64,000 bases of DNA from positions 10,682 to 74,681 of the forward strand of contig CAZCZE010000010.1 of NCBI GenBank assembly GCA_964503125.1, read 5' to 3'. A program made the position numbers and the translations under genes. The stretch comes from an uncultured Gammaproteobacteria bacterium. Its GTDB lineage: Bacteria > Pseudomonadota > Gammaproteobacteria > Steroidobacterales > Rariloculaceae. This document shows, one piece after another, positions 26,553 through 35,319 of this stretch (its first letter is position 1; the number at the start of each line of letters is the position of its first letter). The notes beneath the pieces are model-generated. The model searched no databases. It saw nothing but the letters and a program-made list of their open reading frames with translations, and had not been told where the DNA came from.

Positions 26553-27596
26553 CTAGAAGCTCTCTTTGTTGACGGCCTTGAAGCGGGCTTCCTCTTTCGT
26601 GATGAGCCCCTTCATCATGAGTTCCTGCAGATTCTGGTCGAGCGTTTGCATGCCCTGCGCCTGGCCGGTCTGGATGGCCGAGTACATCTGCGCGATCTTG
26701 CCTTCGCGAATCAGGTTACGAATCGCGGGCGTGCCGATCATGATCTCGTGGGCCGCGATGCGGCCGCCGCCGACGCGCTTGAGCAGCGTCTGCGAGATGA
26801 CGGCGCGCAGCGACTCCGACAGCATGCTCCGGACCATCTCCTTCTCGGCGGCCGGGAACACGTCGACGATGCGGTCAATGGTCTTGGCGGCCGAGCTCGT
26901 GTGCAACGTCCCGAACACGAGGTGGCCGGTCTCGGCGGCCGTGAGCGCCAGCCGAATGGTCTCGAGGTCGCGCATCTCGCCGACGAGAATGACGTCGGGG
27001 TCTTCGCGCAACGCGGAGCGCAACGCTTCGCTAAAGCCATGCGTGTCGCGATGCACTTCGCGTTGGTTGATCAGCGAGCGCTTGCTCTCGTGGACGAACT
27101 CGATCGGATCCTCGATCGTGATGATGTGATCGGGCTTGTTGTCGTTCACATAGTCGACCATCGCCGCAAGCGTCGTCGACTTGCCCGAGCCAGTCGGGCC
27201 CGTGACTAGCGCCAAACCGCGCGGGTGCATCGAGATGTCTTTGAAGATTCGCGGCGCGCCGAGATCGTCGAGGCTCAAGATCACCGAGGGAATCGTGCGG
27301 AACACCGCGGCGCAGCCGCGATTCTGGTTGAACGCGTTGACGCGGAAGCGCGCGAGCTTCGGAATCTCGAACGAGAAATCAGTCTCCAAGAACTCTTCGA
27401 AGTCCTTGCGCTGCTTGTCGTTCATGATGTCGTAAACCATACTGTGCACTTCTTTGTGCTTCAGTGCTGGCATGTTGATGCGCTTGACGTCGCCGTCGAC
27501 GCGAATGATCGGCGGTACGCCCGAGGACAAGTGCAGGTCCGAAGCGTTGTTCTTGACGGCGAACGCAAGCAGTTGCGCTATATCTACCGCGGCCAT
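26553..27596 (-). CDS. pilT: Type IV pilus twitching motility ATPase PilT
   Basis: 347 aa. Contains GPTGSGKST, IITIEDPIEF, DVILVGEMRD, TGHLVFGTLHT and the PilT-specific AIRNLIREGK motif. Confidence 0.92.
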   Translation of the reverse strand: MAAVDIAQLLAFAVKNNASDLHLSSGVPPIIRVDGDVKRINMPALKHKEVHSMVYDIMNDKQRKDFEEFLETDFSFEIPKLARFRVNAFNQNRGCAAVFRTIPSVILSLDDLGAPRIFKDISMHPRGLALVTGPTGSGKSTTLAAMVDYVNDNKPDHIITIEDPIEFVHESKRSLINQREVHRDTHGFSEALRSALREDPDVILVGEMRDLETIRLALTAAETGHLVFGTLHTSSAAKTIDRIVDVFPAAEKEMVRSMLSESLRAVISQTLLKRVGGGRIAAHEIMIGTPAIRNLIREGKIAQMYSAIQTGQAQGMQTLDQNLQELMMKGLITKEEARFKAVNKESF

Positions 27597-27681
27597 AGCA
27601 CTCCTTTAGCGGGCGGCCCTAGCCCTCGCGTGTAGGGCTACATAAGAAGTTGACAGTATAGCCAAGGCCTTTCAGCAAAGC

Positions 27682-28359
27682 GTGACTGATATCACGGAGC
27701 GTTTGGCAGAAATCGTCGAGCGTGTCGCCCGCGCAGCGACGCGCGCCGGCCGCGACGCGAACGACGTGACGATCGTCGCCGTGAGCAAACAACAAACCGC
27801 CCCCGCGATCGCTGCAGCCTATGCCGCGGGCGTGCGTCACTTCGGCGAAAACTATGTGCAAGAGACCTTGCCCAAGATGGCGCTCCTCGCGGAGCTGCCG
27901 ATCACTTGGCATTTCATCGGCAAGCTACAGGCGAACAAGACCCGGCTCGTTGCGGAACGTTTCGCCTGGGTGCACACCGTCGATCGCGCGCGCATCGCGG
28001 AACGCTTGAGCGAGCAACGGCCGCAAAATGGCGCGCCGCTCAACGTCCTGATCCAAGTCAACCAAGGCGCCGACGCGTCGAGGGGCGGCGCGGCGCCCGA
28101 CGACGTCGCGGCGCTCGCGAAAATCATCGTCGCGCTGCCGCGCTTGCGTCTGCGCGGACTCATGACGTTGCCGCCGCAGCACGATGCGCCCGAGCGTTGG
28201 TTCGCGGAGCTCGCGGACCTGGGTGCGCGGCTGCGCGCGCAAGGCATCGTGCTCGATGCGCTCTCGATGGGCATGTCCTCCGACTTCGAGGCCGCGATCG
28301 CCGCAGGCTCGAGCCTCGTCCGGATCGGTACGGCCATCTTCGGTCACCGCGGCAGCTAG
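27682..28359 (+). CDS. yggS: PLP homeostasis protein YggS
   Basis: 225 aa with a GTG start. Contains VAVSKQQ (PLP lysine context), HFGENYVQE, WHFIGKLQANK, LSMGMSSDFEAAI and VRIGTAIFG. Divergent from pilT, as in Pseudomonas. Confidence 0.85.
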   Translation: MTDITERLAEIVERVARAATRAGRDANDVTIVAVSKQQTAPAIAAAYAAGVRHFGENYVQETLPKMALLAELPITWHFIGKLQANKTRLVAERFAWVHTVDRARIAERLSEQRPQNGAPLNVLIQVNQGADASRGGAAPDDVAALAKIIVALPRLRLRGLMTLPPQHDAPERWFAELADLGARLRAQGIVLDALSMGMSSDFEAAIAAGSSLVRIGTAIFGHRGS

Positions 28360-28413
28360 CCCCGCACCCGGCCCCCTCATGTTATCTTCGCGGCATCGAT
28401 CGAGCGGTTACCG

Positions 28414-28962
28414 ATGCTGAGCGCACTGATCTTCCTGGTAGCGACGCTGGCGGACCTTTTCATGCTGACGTTCTTGCTGCGTTTCATCATGCAGTGGGTG
28501 CGAGCGAGCTACTACAACCCCCTATCACAGTTCGTGTTCAAGGTTACGAACCCGCTCGTCGTGCCCGCGCGACGCTTGTTGCCGAGCGTGAGGGGTTTCG
28601 ATACTCCGACGCTCGTCGTCCTGTTCGTCCTCGAAGTCGCAGCCACCTTCGTCGTGCTGACGCTCGCCGGTTGGTCGTTCAACATTTCCGAGCTGCTGCT
28701 CTACTCGTTGCTGCGGCTCGTCTCGCTAACCTTGATGTTCTACATCGGCGCGCTCTTGATCTACGTGCTGCTGAGCTGGTTCGGCGATCGCAGCCGTAAC
28801 CCGATGGCGATGCTGCTGGGCGAGCTCGTCGAGCCGCTGCTCCGCCCGGTCCGGCGCGTAATACCGCCGATCGGCGGCCTCGATTTGGCACCGCTCATCG
28901 TGACACTGCTGCTCTATGCAATCAGGATCGCGCTACCGTTCCCCGTCAGTTACCTTCGCTAG
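28414..28962 (+). CDS. yggT: YggT family membrane protein
   Basis: 182 aa with four predicted TM segments and the duplicated YGGT-type pattern (NPLSQFVFKVTNPLVVPARRLLP / LGELVEPLLRPVRRVIPPIGGLDLAP). Confidence 0.8.
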   Translation: MLSALIFLVATLADLFMLTFLLRFIMQWVRASYYNPLSQFVFKVTNPLVVPARRLLPSVRGFDTPTLVVLFVLEVAATFVVLTLAGWSFNISELLLYSLLRLVSLTLMFYIGALLIYVLLSWFGDRSRNPMAMLLGELVEPLLRPVRRVIPPIGGLDLAPLIVTLLLYAIRIALPFPVSYLR

Positions 28963-29035
28963 ACAGTGCGCCTGCACGCGCGTAATGTCGGTCAAGCGCC
29001 GACAAGAACACCGCGCGACGACTCGGGAGGGGAGC

Positions 29036-29533
29036 ATGACCAAACGGACCGGAACGCTTGCTTGCCTCATGGTGGCGGTGGGACTCGCGGCGTGCCAGCC
29101 GGCCAACCAGACCGACGTCACGAACACTCAGGACGATGTCCTCCCCGCGACCGAGAGCTCGAAGGATTTCGGCGAGTACGTCGTCTACTTCAACGCGCTC
29201 AGCACGGATCAGCTCACGCCCGACATCGCGCGCGAGTACGGCATCGTGCGCAGCAAGAGCCGCGCGATGCTCAACGTCAGCATCCACCGCAAGCTGCCGA
29301 GCGGGCTCACGGAAGCGGTGACGGGCACCGTCTCTGCTTCGGCCACCAATCTCAACGCCCAGCTCGAGACGATGACGCTGCGCGAGATCCGCGAGGACAC
29401 GGCCGTCTACTACATCGGCGAGCTCGGCGTGACGGACGGCGAGGTCCTCATCTACACGATCAACGCGACGCCGACGGGCAACCCGGGCACCTTTACGGTG
29501 CGATTCAAGAAGCAGTTCTTCGTCGCGGGGTGA
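29036..29533 (+). CDS. Lipoprotein; resembles the DUF4426 family (verify)
   Basis: Starts at ATG 29036 after GGGAGGGGA. Lipobox-like LACLMVAVGLAAC. The body (YVVYFNALSTDQLTPDIAREYGIVRSKSRAMLNVSI ... TFTVRFKKQF) resembles the DUF4426 gene found near yggT in Pseudomonas. Confidence 0.7.
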   Translation: MTKRTGTLACLMVAVGLAACQPANQTDVTNTQDDVLPATESSKDFGEYVVYFNALSTDQLTPDIAREYGIVRSKSRAMLNVSIHRKLPSGLTEAVTGTVSASATNLNAQLETMTLREIREDTAVYYIGELGVTDGEVLIYTINATPTGNPGTFTVRFKKQFFVAG

Positions 29534-29553
29534 TCTTCGACGCACTGTCGGTC

Positions 29554-29580
29554 CGCGCCGTTGCGGCGCGCCCTTTTCTC
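29554..29580 (+). terminator. Possible intrinsic terminator after the lipoprotein gene
   Basis: CGCGCCG-TTG-CGGCGCG, a 7-bp stem, followed by CCCTTTTCTC. The T-run is short and interrupted. Confidence 0.4.
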
Positions 29581-30226
29581 ACGGCGCGCCGAAGTCGACG
29601 CCGAACACGGTCGTCACAGCTGCGGTGACCGCGGGCAACCGGCCATGAAAAAAATGTCCGCCGCCCTCGACGAGCACGACGCGCGGCGGCGCGGCGAGCG
29701 TGGCGCACCAGGCGAGCACGGGCTGCACAGGCACGACGTCGTCGGCCGTGCCGTGCACGAGCACCCACCGGCACGTCGGCGCGACGAAGTCCTCGGGTAG
29801 CCGCTCGACCGGCGGCGCCACGGTGATGAGCCCGCGCGGCGCGGCGCGCGCCGCGATCGCGAGCGCAACCGCCGCGCCAAACGAGAAGCCGCCGAGATAG
29901 AGCCGCTGCGACGGCCAGCGCGCACGGCAGAAAGCGACCACCGCGAGCGCGTCGTCGCGCTCGCCGATACCATCGGCGTAGCGGCCCGCCGACGCGCCGA
30001 CACCGCGAAAATTGAAGCGCACGGCGACCGCGCCGAGTTGCACGAACGCACGCGCGAGCGTCGTGACGACTTTGTTGTGCATCGCGCCTTGCTCGAGCGG
30101 GTGCGGATGACAGATCACGGCGACGGCCGTGGCCGCACCCAAATCGCCGTCAATCGCGCCTTCGAGCGCGCCGGCAGGTCCCGCTATCTCGACGGACGTG
30201 GCGGGGCGTGACGCAGCGTTCGCCAC
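29579..30226 (-). CDS. Alpha/beta hydrolase (COG2945-like)
   Basis: 215 aa. Contains ICHPHPLEQGAMHNKVV, the nucleophile elbow GFSFGA, and a C-terminal HGTADDVV...GGGHFFHG. GTG start 1 nt after the htpG stop. Confidence 0.7.
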   Translation of the reverse strand: MANAASRPATSVEIAGPAGALEGAIDGDLGAATAVAVICHPHPLEQGAMHNKVVTTLARAFVQLGAVAVRFNFRGVGASAGRYADGIGERDDALAVVAFCRARWPSQRLYLGGFSFGAAVALAIAARAAPRGLITVAPPVERLPEDFVAPTCRWVLVHGTADDVVPVQPVLAWCATLAAPPRVVLVEGGGHFFHGRLPAVTAAVTTVFGVDFGAP

Positions 30227-30227
30227 G

Positions 30228-32090
30228 CTACGCGGCGGGGCCGAGCTCGCCGAGGAGCTCGTTGAGCCGCGCGATGAACGCCGCGGGATCCTCGAGCTGG
30301 CGCCCTTCCGCGAGCACGGCCTGCTCGAACAGCAACAGCGCGAGCCGCTCGAAACGCTTGGGATCGGTCTCGTGATCGAGGCGCTTCACGAGCGCGTGCT
30401 CGGGGTTGAGCTCGAGGCTCGGGACCGCCGCGGGTGCCTGGTGACCGGCGGCCGCGAGCAGCTCGCGCATCTGATGACCGAGATCGTGCTCGCTCAAGAC
30501 GAGGCACGCCGCCGACTGCCGCAGGCGCCCGCCGACGCGAATCTCCGCAACACGCTCCCGCAAAACTTGCTTGACGCGCTTCTGCAGCTGGCGGCGCTCG
30601 CGGTCGTCGGCCTCGACCTTCCCCTCCGTGGCGGCGCCGGGCAGCTCGAGCGCGCCGCGGCGCACGTCTTTGCACGGCTTGCCCTCGTGCTGCGAGAGAT
30701 GCTGCATCACCCACTCGTCGAGCCGATCGGTCAAGAGCAGCACTTCGATGCCGCGCTCGCGGAACGCTTCGAGGTGGGGGCTGCTGCGCGCGGCCGTCGG
30801 CGATTCCGCTACGAGAAAGTAGATCGCGTCCTGGTCGGGCTTGGCGTCGCCCAAGTAGCTCTTGAGGCTGCGCGCCTCCTCGTCGCCTTGCGTGCGCGTC
30901 GTCTTGAAACGCAGCAGCTTCGCCAAGCGCTCGCGGTTGCCTAAGTCCTCGATGATGCCTTCCTTGACGAGCGCTCCGAACTCCCTCCAGAACTTGGCGT
31001 AGGAACTTAAGTCCTCGGCGAGCTTCTCGAGCATGTCGACGACGCGGCGCGTGAGCGCCGTGCGCATCGCTGCAATCGTCTCGTCCTGCTGCAACAGCTC
31101 GCGCGACACGTTCAACGCAAGCTCGCCCGAATCCACTATGCCGCGAATGAAACGCAAGTAGAGCGGCAGGAATTGTGTCGCTTGGTCCGTGATGAACACG
31201 CGCTGCACGTAGAGCTTGACGCCGCGCGGCGACTCGCGGTTCCAGAGATCGAACGGGGCCACGGCCGGCACGTAGAGCAGGCTCGTGTACTCGCGTTTGC
31301 CTTCGACGCGGTTGTGACTCCAGATCAGAGGATCTTCGGTGTCGTGCGCGATGTGCTTGTAGAACTCGACGTACTCGGCGTCAGCGATCTCGGCGCGCGG
31401 CCGCGTCCAAAGGGCCTTGGCGCGGTTGACGGTCTCCTCGGCTTGGCCCGCGCTTGAGAGGCGCACCGGGAACGCGATATGGTCGGAGTACTTGCGGATC
31501 AGCGCTTTGAGGCGCGCAGGCTGCAAGAACTCGTCGGCGTTCGCTTTGAGCTTGAGCTCGACCGTCGTGCCGCGTAAGGGGCGCTCGATCGGCGTCACTC
31601 GGTACTCGCCTTGACCGTCGGACACCCACGCGACGCCCTGGCTTACGTCCGCGTCGGCGCGCCGCGTGAGGACCGTCACCTCGTCGGCCACGATGAACGC
31701 CGAGTAGAAGCCGACGCCGAAGCGGCCGATGAGCTCGGCATCCTTGCGCTGATCGCCCGTGAGGCGCGCGAGGAACTGACCGGTGCCCGAGCGCGCGATC
31801 GTGCCGAGGTTGTCGATGACTTCCTCGCGGCTCATGCCGATGCCGTTGTCCGCGATGCAGAGCAGGCGCGCTTCGGTGTCGACGGTCACGCGTATGACGA
31901 GCTCGGGTTCGTCCCTGAGCAGCGTAGGTACCTTAAGGCTTTCGAAACGCAGCCGGTCGTTGGCGTCGGACGCGTTCGAGACGAGCTCCCGCAGGAAGAT
32001 TTCTCGATCGCTATACAGGGAGTGCACCATGAGGTGCAGGAGCTGCTTGATCTCCGCTTGAAACGTGAAGGTATTGGGACCGCCCCCCAT
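30228..32090 (-). CDS. htpG: Molecular chaperone HtpG (Hsp90)
   Basis: 620 aa. Contains FQAEIKQLLHLMVHSLYSDREIFLRELVSNASDA, DNGIGMSREEV, GRFGVGFYSAF and the rest of the Hsp90 body. Confidence 0.92.
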   Translation of the reverse strand: MGGGPNTFTFQAEIKQLLHLMVHSLYSDREIFLRELVSNASDANDRLRFESLKVPTLLRDEPELVIRVTVDTEARLLCIADNGIGMSREEVIDNLGTIARSGTGQFLARLTGDQRKDAELIGRFGVGFYSAFIVADEVTVLTRRADADVSQGVAWVSDGQGEYRVTPIERPLRGTTVELKLKANADEFLQPARLKALIRKYSDHIAFPVRLSSAGQAEETVNRAKALWTRPRAEIADAEYVEFYKHIAHDTEDPLIWSHNRVEGKREYTSLLYVPAVAPFDLWNRESPRGVKLYVQRVFITDQATQFLPLYLRFIRGIVDSGELALNVSRELLQQDETIAAMRTALTRRVVDMLEKLAEDLSSYAKFWREFGALVKEGIIEDLGNRERLAKLLRFKTTRTQGDEEARSLKSYLGDAKPDQDAIYFLVAESPTAARSSPHLEAFRERGIEVLLLTDRLDEWVMQHLSQHEGKPCKDVRRGALELPGAATEGKVEADDRERRQLQKRVKQVLRERVAEIRVGGRLRQSAACLVLSEHDLGHQMRELLAAAGHQAPAAVPSLELNPEHALVKRLDHETDPKRFERLALLLFEQAVLAEGRQLEDPAAFIARLNELLGELGPAA

Positions 32091-32135
32091 CTTAAGCCCC
32101 GTCGCACGCTTGAGGTTGGGGCGCTAGGTTAGAGG

Positions 32136-32417
32136 CTAATCGCGTTTTTTCAAGCCGCGGTAAGCGAGCTGCGGGTCTCGCGAGAGTAGTCGAATGCGGG
32201 CCGCGGCGCCCGCGAGCCACGCGCTCACGGTCAGAGCCGCGACGCCGCAGAGCAGCGGCGCCCATTGCGTAGCCACGGCGGCGACCTCGGTCGCCGCAAG
32301 CCCCAGCGCCGCCGCGAGACCTACCTGAAGCAGGGCCCGGCGCAGCCGCTCCCAGACCAGCGCCACGGAGAACAGCAGGTCATCGAGGTCGTCGAGCCAC
32401 AGCAATACGATCTCCAT
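32136..32417 (-). CDS. Hypothetical small membrane protein
   Basis: 93 aa from ATG 32417 (MEIVLLWLDDLDDLLFSVALVW...) with two hydrophobic segments. GC3 is about 80 percent, which supports coding. No family recognised. Confidence 0.45.
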   Translation of the reverse strand: MEIVLLWLDDLDDLLFSVALVWERLRRALLQVGLAAALGLAATEVAAVATQWAPLLCGVAALTVSAWLAGAAARIRLLSRDPQLAYRGLKKRD

Positions 32418-32433
32418 GGCGGGCTCTCGGCGG

Positions 32434-32606
32434 CTACCGGCCGGGATCGAGGCGAACGGGGACGAGGGTGCGACGGGGGGCCGTCGGCGGGGTACGTTGC
32501 TCGTCTTCCTTGTGGCGGCGCGCCGCGTCGATCGCCCAGGCAATCCATTCCAGGCGGCAGATGCCGTTCGTATCCGTTGCGTGCTCGCCGTGATCTCTTG
32601 CGTCCA
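32434..32606 (-). CDS. Hypothetical small protein (speculative)
   Basis: 57 aa from ATG 32606 (MDARDHGEHATDTNGICRLEWIAWAIDAARRHKEDEQ...). High GC3. No obvious RBS and no family recognised. Confidence 0.25.
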
Positions 32607-32770
32607 TTGCTCGAAGATCCGCGCTTACGACGAGAGGACTATATCGCCCACGGCTCGCGACGGCTGTGAGAGTCTTCTCAAGAAGTCGAGGTAGGGGAGA
32701 CAAAGTCTTTTACTTATTGTAATTTGTATGTGACGCGGTTCGGACGAGCCGCTCGTAAAGAGCAAAGAAC

Positions 32771-33544
32771 ATGCAAAAAATCATCGTCCTCAACCCGAAG
32801 GGCGGCTCCGGGAAAACCACGATCGCGACGAACCTCGCCGCGTGCTACGCCAGGAGCGGCCAGCGCACCGCGCTCATCGACCTCGACCCGCAAGGGTCGA
32901 GCATGCGCTGGCTGCGCAAGCGTCCCGAGGACGCGCCGCCGATCCACGGCATCGCCGGCTTCGAGCGCTCGACGGCCGTCACGCGCAGTTGGCAGATGCG
33001 GGTCCCTGGCGACTGCCGGTTCGTGATCTCGGATACGCCCGCGGCCATCGACGCGCACGTTCTGGCGGAACTCACGCGCGGCGCCGATGCGATAGTGATT
33101 CCCGTCATGCCGTCGGAAATCGACATTCACGCCACGGCCAGGTGCATCGCGGATCTGTTGCTCGTCGCGAAGATCCGCCGCTCCGAGAACCGCATCGGCA
33201 TCATCGCCAACCGCGTGCGCAGCAACACGCGCGTGTCGCATTCATTGACGCGGTTTCTGGCGAGCCTCGACATTCCGTTGATCGCGACTCTGCGCGACAC
33301 CCAGAGCTATGTGCGCTCGGCCGAGACGGGCCTAAGCGTCTACGAGATGCCGCCTTGGCAGGTGCAGCCTGACTTGAGTCACTGGCGGCAAGTGCTGGCT
33401 TGGCTTGCTCAGAAGCGCCGCCATCGCGCGGAGCGTGGGGCGATGTCGACGAATCTGGTTTCGATCGAGCGCGCGAGCGCCGAGCTCGAACGGTCTTTGA
33501 TCCAGGCGCGCGGCGGTCGCGCCTCGGCCGTCGGACACGACTGA
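32771..33544 (+). CDS. Orphan ParA/MinD-superfamily ATPase with a C-terminal extension
   Basis: 257 aa. Deviant Walker A NPKGGSGKTT, then IDLDPQGS, VISDTP (Walker B context) and IIANRV. A tail of about 45 aa follows the ATPase core. No parB-like gene is adjacent. Confidence 0.8.
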   Translation: MQKIIVLNPKGGSGKTTIATNLAACYARSGQRTALIDLDPQGSSMRWLRKRPEDAPPIHGIAGFERSTAVTRSWQMRVPGDCRFVISDTPAAIDAHVLAELTRGADAIVIPVMPSEIDIHATARCIADLLLVAKIRRSENRIGIIANRVRSNTRVSHSLTRFLASLDIPLIATLRDTQSYVRSAETGLSVYEMPPWQVQPDLSHWRQVLAWLAQKRRHRAERGAMSTNLVSIERASAELERSLIQARGGRASAVGHD

Positions 33545-33553
33545 CGCTTGGCG

Positions 33554-33793
33554 TCAGCCCTCTTTCCAGTTTTGCCGGATCTTATCGGCCCAGGTGTGGT
33601 AGCCGCGCCAGCTGTAGATCGAATGATCGAGCGGGGCACGCTCGCCGATGGGCTTGGTGCTGACGCGCGATAGCCACTTGCGGTACGCGTCCCAGCCGTT
33701 CTGCTCGTTGCCGGCCGCGGGTGATTCCTCGGCGACCGTGCTTTCCTTTGCGTACAAGGCCGGCCGGAACTGGTGCGGTTTGTGCTCGCTCAT
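33554..33793 (-). CDS. Hypothetical small soluble protein
   Basis: 79 aa (…GWDAYRKWLSRV…SIYSWRGYHTWADKIRQNWKEG). GC3 is about 85 percent, which supports coding. Convergent with the ParA-like gene. No family name recalled. Confidence 0.6.
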   Translation of the reverse strand: MSEHKPHQFRPALYAKESTVAEESPAAGNEQNGWDAYRKWLSRVSTKPIGERAPLDHSIYSWRGYHTWADKIRQNWKEG

Positions 33794-33935
33794 GGTCGGA
33801 AGACAATCCCTGTCCCAGATGAGCGAAGGCTACGCCGCGCGACGGCTTATGCCGAGGAACCAAGTCACAACGATGTCCGGCTAAGAAGCGCGTCCGCCGT
33901 AGCGTTTGACGATAATGATCAGCGCGCGAGGTTCG

Positions 33936-35294
33936 TCAGGCGACGATGCGATAACACGGCACGTAAGCGCTGGGATCCGACAATCGCATCCGTCGCTGGG
34001 CGACGAAATCCTCGAGCAGCTTGCCGAGCTCGCCGATGATGTGCCGGTCACCGCGCAGCTCGAACGGTCCGTATTTCTCGACGCGCGCGATGCCGGCCTC
34101 GCGCACGTTGCCGGCCACTACTCCTGAGAACGCGCGCCGTAGATTGAACGCCAAGCTGTGCGCCGGCTGGTCGCGGTTCAGAGCGAGCGAGCGCATCGAC
34201 TCGTGAGTGGCCTCGAACGGTCGCTGGAACTCGAGGCCGATGTCGAGAGCCCAGTTGAAGAAATAGGCATTGTCCTCGGCCGCGCGCCGATCGCGCACGC
34301 GCTTCAGGCCCGCCGTGACCTCCGCCGCCACGCCCGCGGGATCCGCGAGAATCACCTTGTAACGTTTCTGGGCAACCGACCCGAGCGTCGCGCCGATGAA
34401 CTCATGGAGCCGCTCGAAGTACTTGCCGCTCGAAACCGGGCCCGTGAACACGAGCGGCAGGCCCTCGTGCTCGTTCTGCGGGCTCAGGAGGATGCCGAGC
34501 AGATAGAGGATCTCCTCGGCCGTGCCCACGCCGCCGGGGAACAGGACGATCGCGTGCGCCATCCTGACGAACGCCTCGAGCCGCTTCTCCATGTCGGGCA
34601 GGATCACGAGCTCGTTGCAGATCGGGTTCGGCGATTCGGCCGCGATGATCGTGGGCTCCGTTAGCCCTAAGTAGCGGCCCGTGCGAATGCGTTGTTTCGC
34701 GTGCGCGACGGTCGCCCCTTTCATCGGCCCCTTCATCGCCCCCGCGCCGCAGCCCGTGCAAATGTCGAGCCCCTCGAGCCCCAAGGCATAGCCGACGACC
34801 TTCGTGTAGTCGTACTCCTCGCGCTCGATGGCGTGCCCGCCCCAGCAAACGACCAGGCGCGGCTCGTCGTGCGCCCGCAGCACGCGAGCGTTGCGCAGGA
34901 TGTGGAAGACGGCATCCGTGATCCCCGCAGAGGTCTTGAGGTCGAACCGCGGATTGTTGAGCACGTCGTCGTGGGCGTAGAGCAAGTCTCTGAGCACGGC
35001 GAACAGATGCTCGCGGATGCCGCGGATCATCTGCCGACCGACGAACGCGACGTCGGGTGCGTTTTTGAGCTCGATCGCGATGCCGCCTTCGTACTCCACG
35101 ACGGCGATGCGGAAAGCCTCGTGGCGGCTCAAGATCTTGCGGACGTCGTCGTCGGAGGCGCCGGAGTTGAGCACGGCCAGCGAGCATTGGCGCCACAGCT
35201 CGTAGAGACCGCCTCCGCCCGCGTCGCGCAGTTGATTGGTTTCGTGACGCGACAGAATTTCGAGGCTGCCCTCGGGGGCGATCAAGGCGTCCAT
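33936..35294 (-). CDS. ppnN: Pyrimidine/purine nucleotide 5'-monophosphate nucleosidase PpnN (LOG family, YgdH-like)
   Basis: 452 aa, similar in length to E. coli PpnN. LOG-type motifs are present (VVCWGGH, CTGCGAGAMKGPMKGA, LFPGGVGTAEE). Confidence 0.85.
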   Translation of the reverse strand: MDALIAPEGSLEILSRHETNQLRDAGGGGLYELWRQCSLAVLNSGASDDDVRKILSRHEAFRIAVVEYEGGIAIELKNAPDVAFVGRQMIRGIREHLFAVLRDLLYAHDDVLNNPRFDLKTSAGITDAVFHILRNARVLRAHDEPRLVVCWGGHAIEREEYDYTKVVGYALGLEGLDICTGCGAGAMKGPMKGATVAHAKQRIRTGRYLGLTEPTIIAAESPNPICNELVILPDMEKRLEAFVRMAHAIVLFPGGVGTAEEILYLLGILLSPQNEHEGLPLVFTGPVSSGKYFERLHEFIGATLGSVAQKRYKVILADPAGVAAEVTAGLKRVRDRRAAEDNAYFFNWALDIGLEFQRPFEATHESMRSLALNRDQPAHSLAFNLRRAFSGVVAGNVREAGIARVEKYGPFELRGDRHIIGELGKLLEDFVAQRRMRLSDPSAYVPCYRIVA

Positions 35295-35319
35295 TGCGTG
35301 ATCTCTTCCGCTCCGCCCG

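Noticed and set aside
27650-27655. A perfect TTGACA hexamer in the pilT/yggS divergent spacer, considered as a sigma70 -35 element for yggS.
   Set aside because: No reasonable -10 hexamer lies at 16-18 nt (CAGCAA at 17 nt). It was not called.
27907-27912. Other TGGCAT hits considered as sigma54 -24 elements: 27907-27912 in yggS, 54986-54991 upstream of fis, and 60898-60903 in rhlB.
   Set aside because: None has TTGC at the required N5 spacing, and two are inside coding sequence.
32091-32160. A possible sigma32 promoter for htpG: a perfect CTTGAAA (minus strand, 32148-32154).
   Set aside because: No acceptable CCCCATNT-like -10 lies at 13-17 nt. CTCTAACC at 13 nt matches poorly, and CCCCAACC lies 26 nt away. 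It may still be a heat-shock promoter, but I cannot support it from the sequence.
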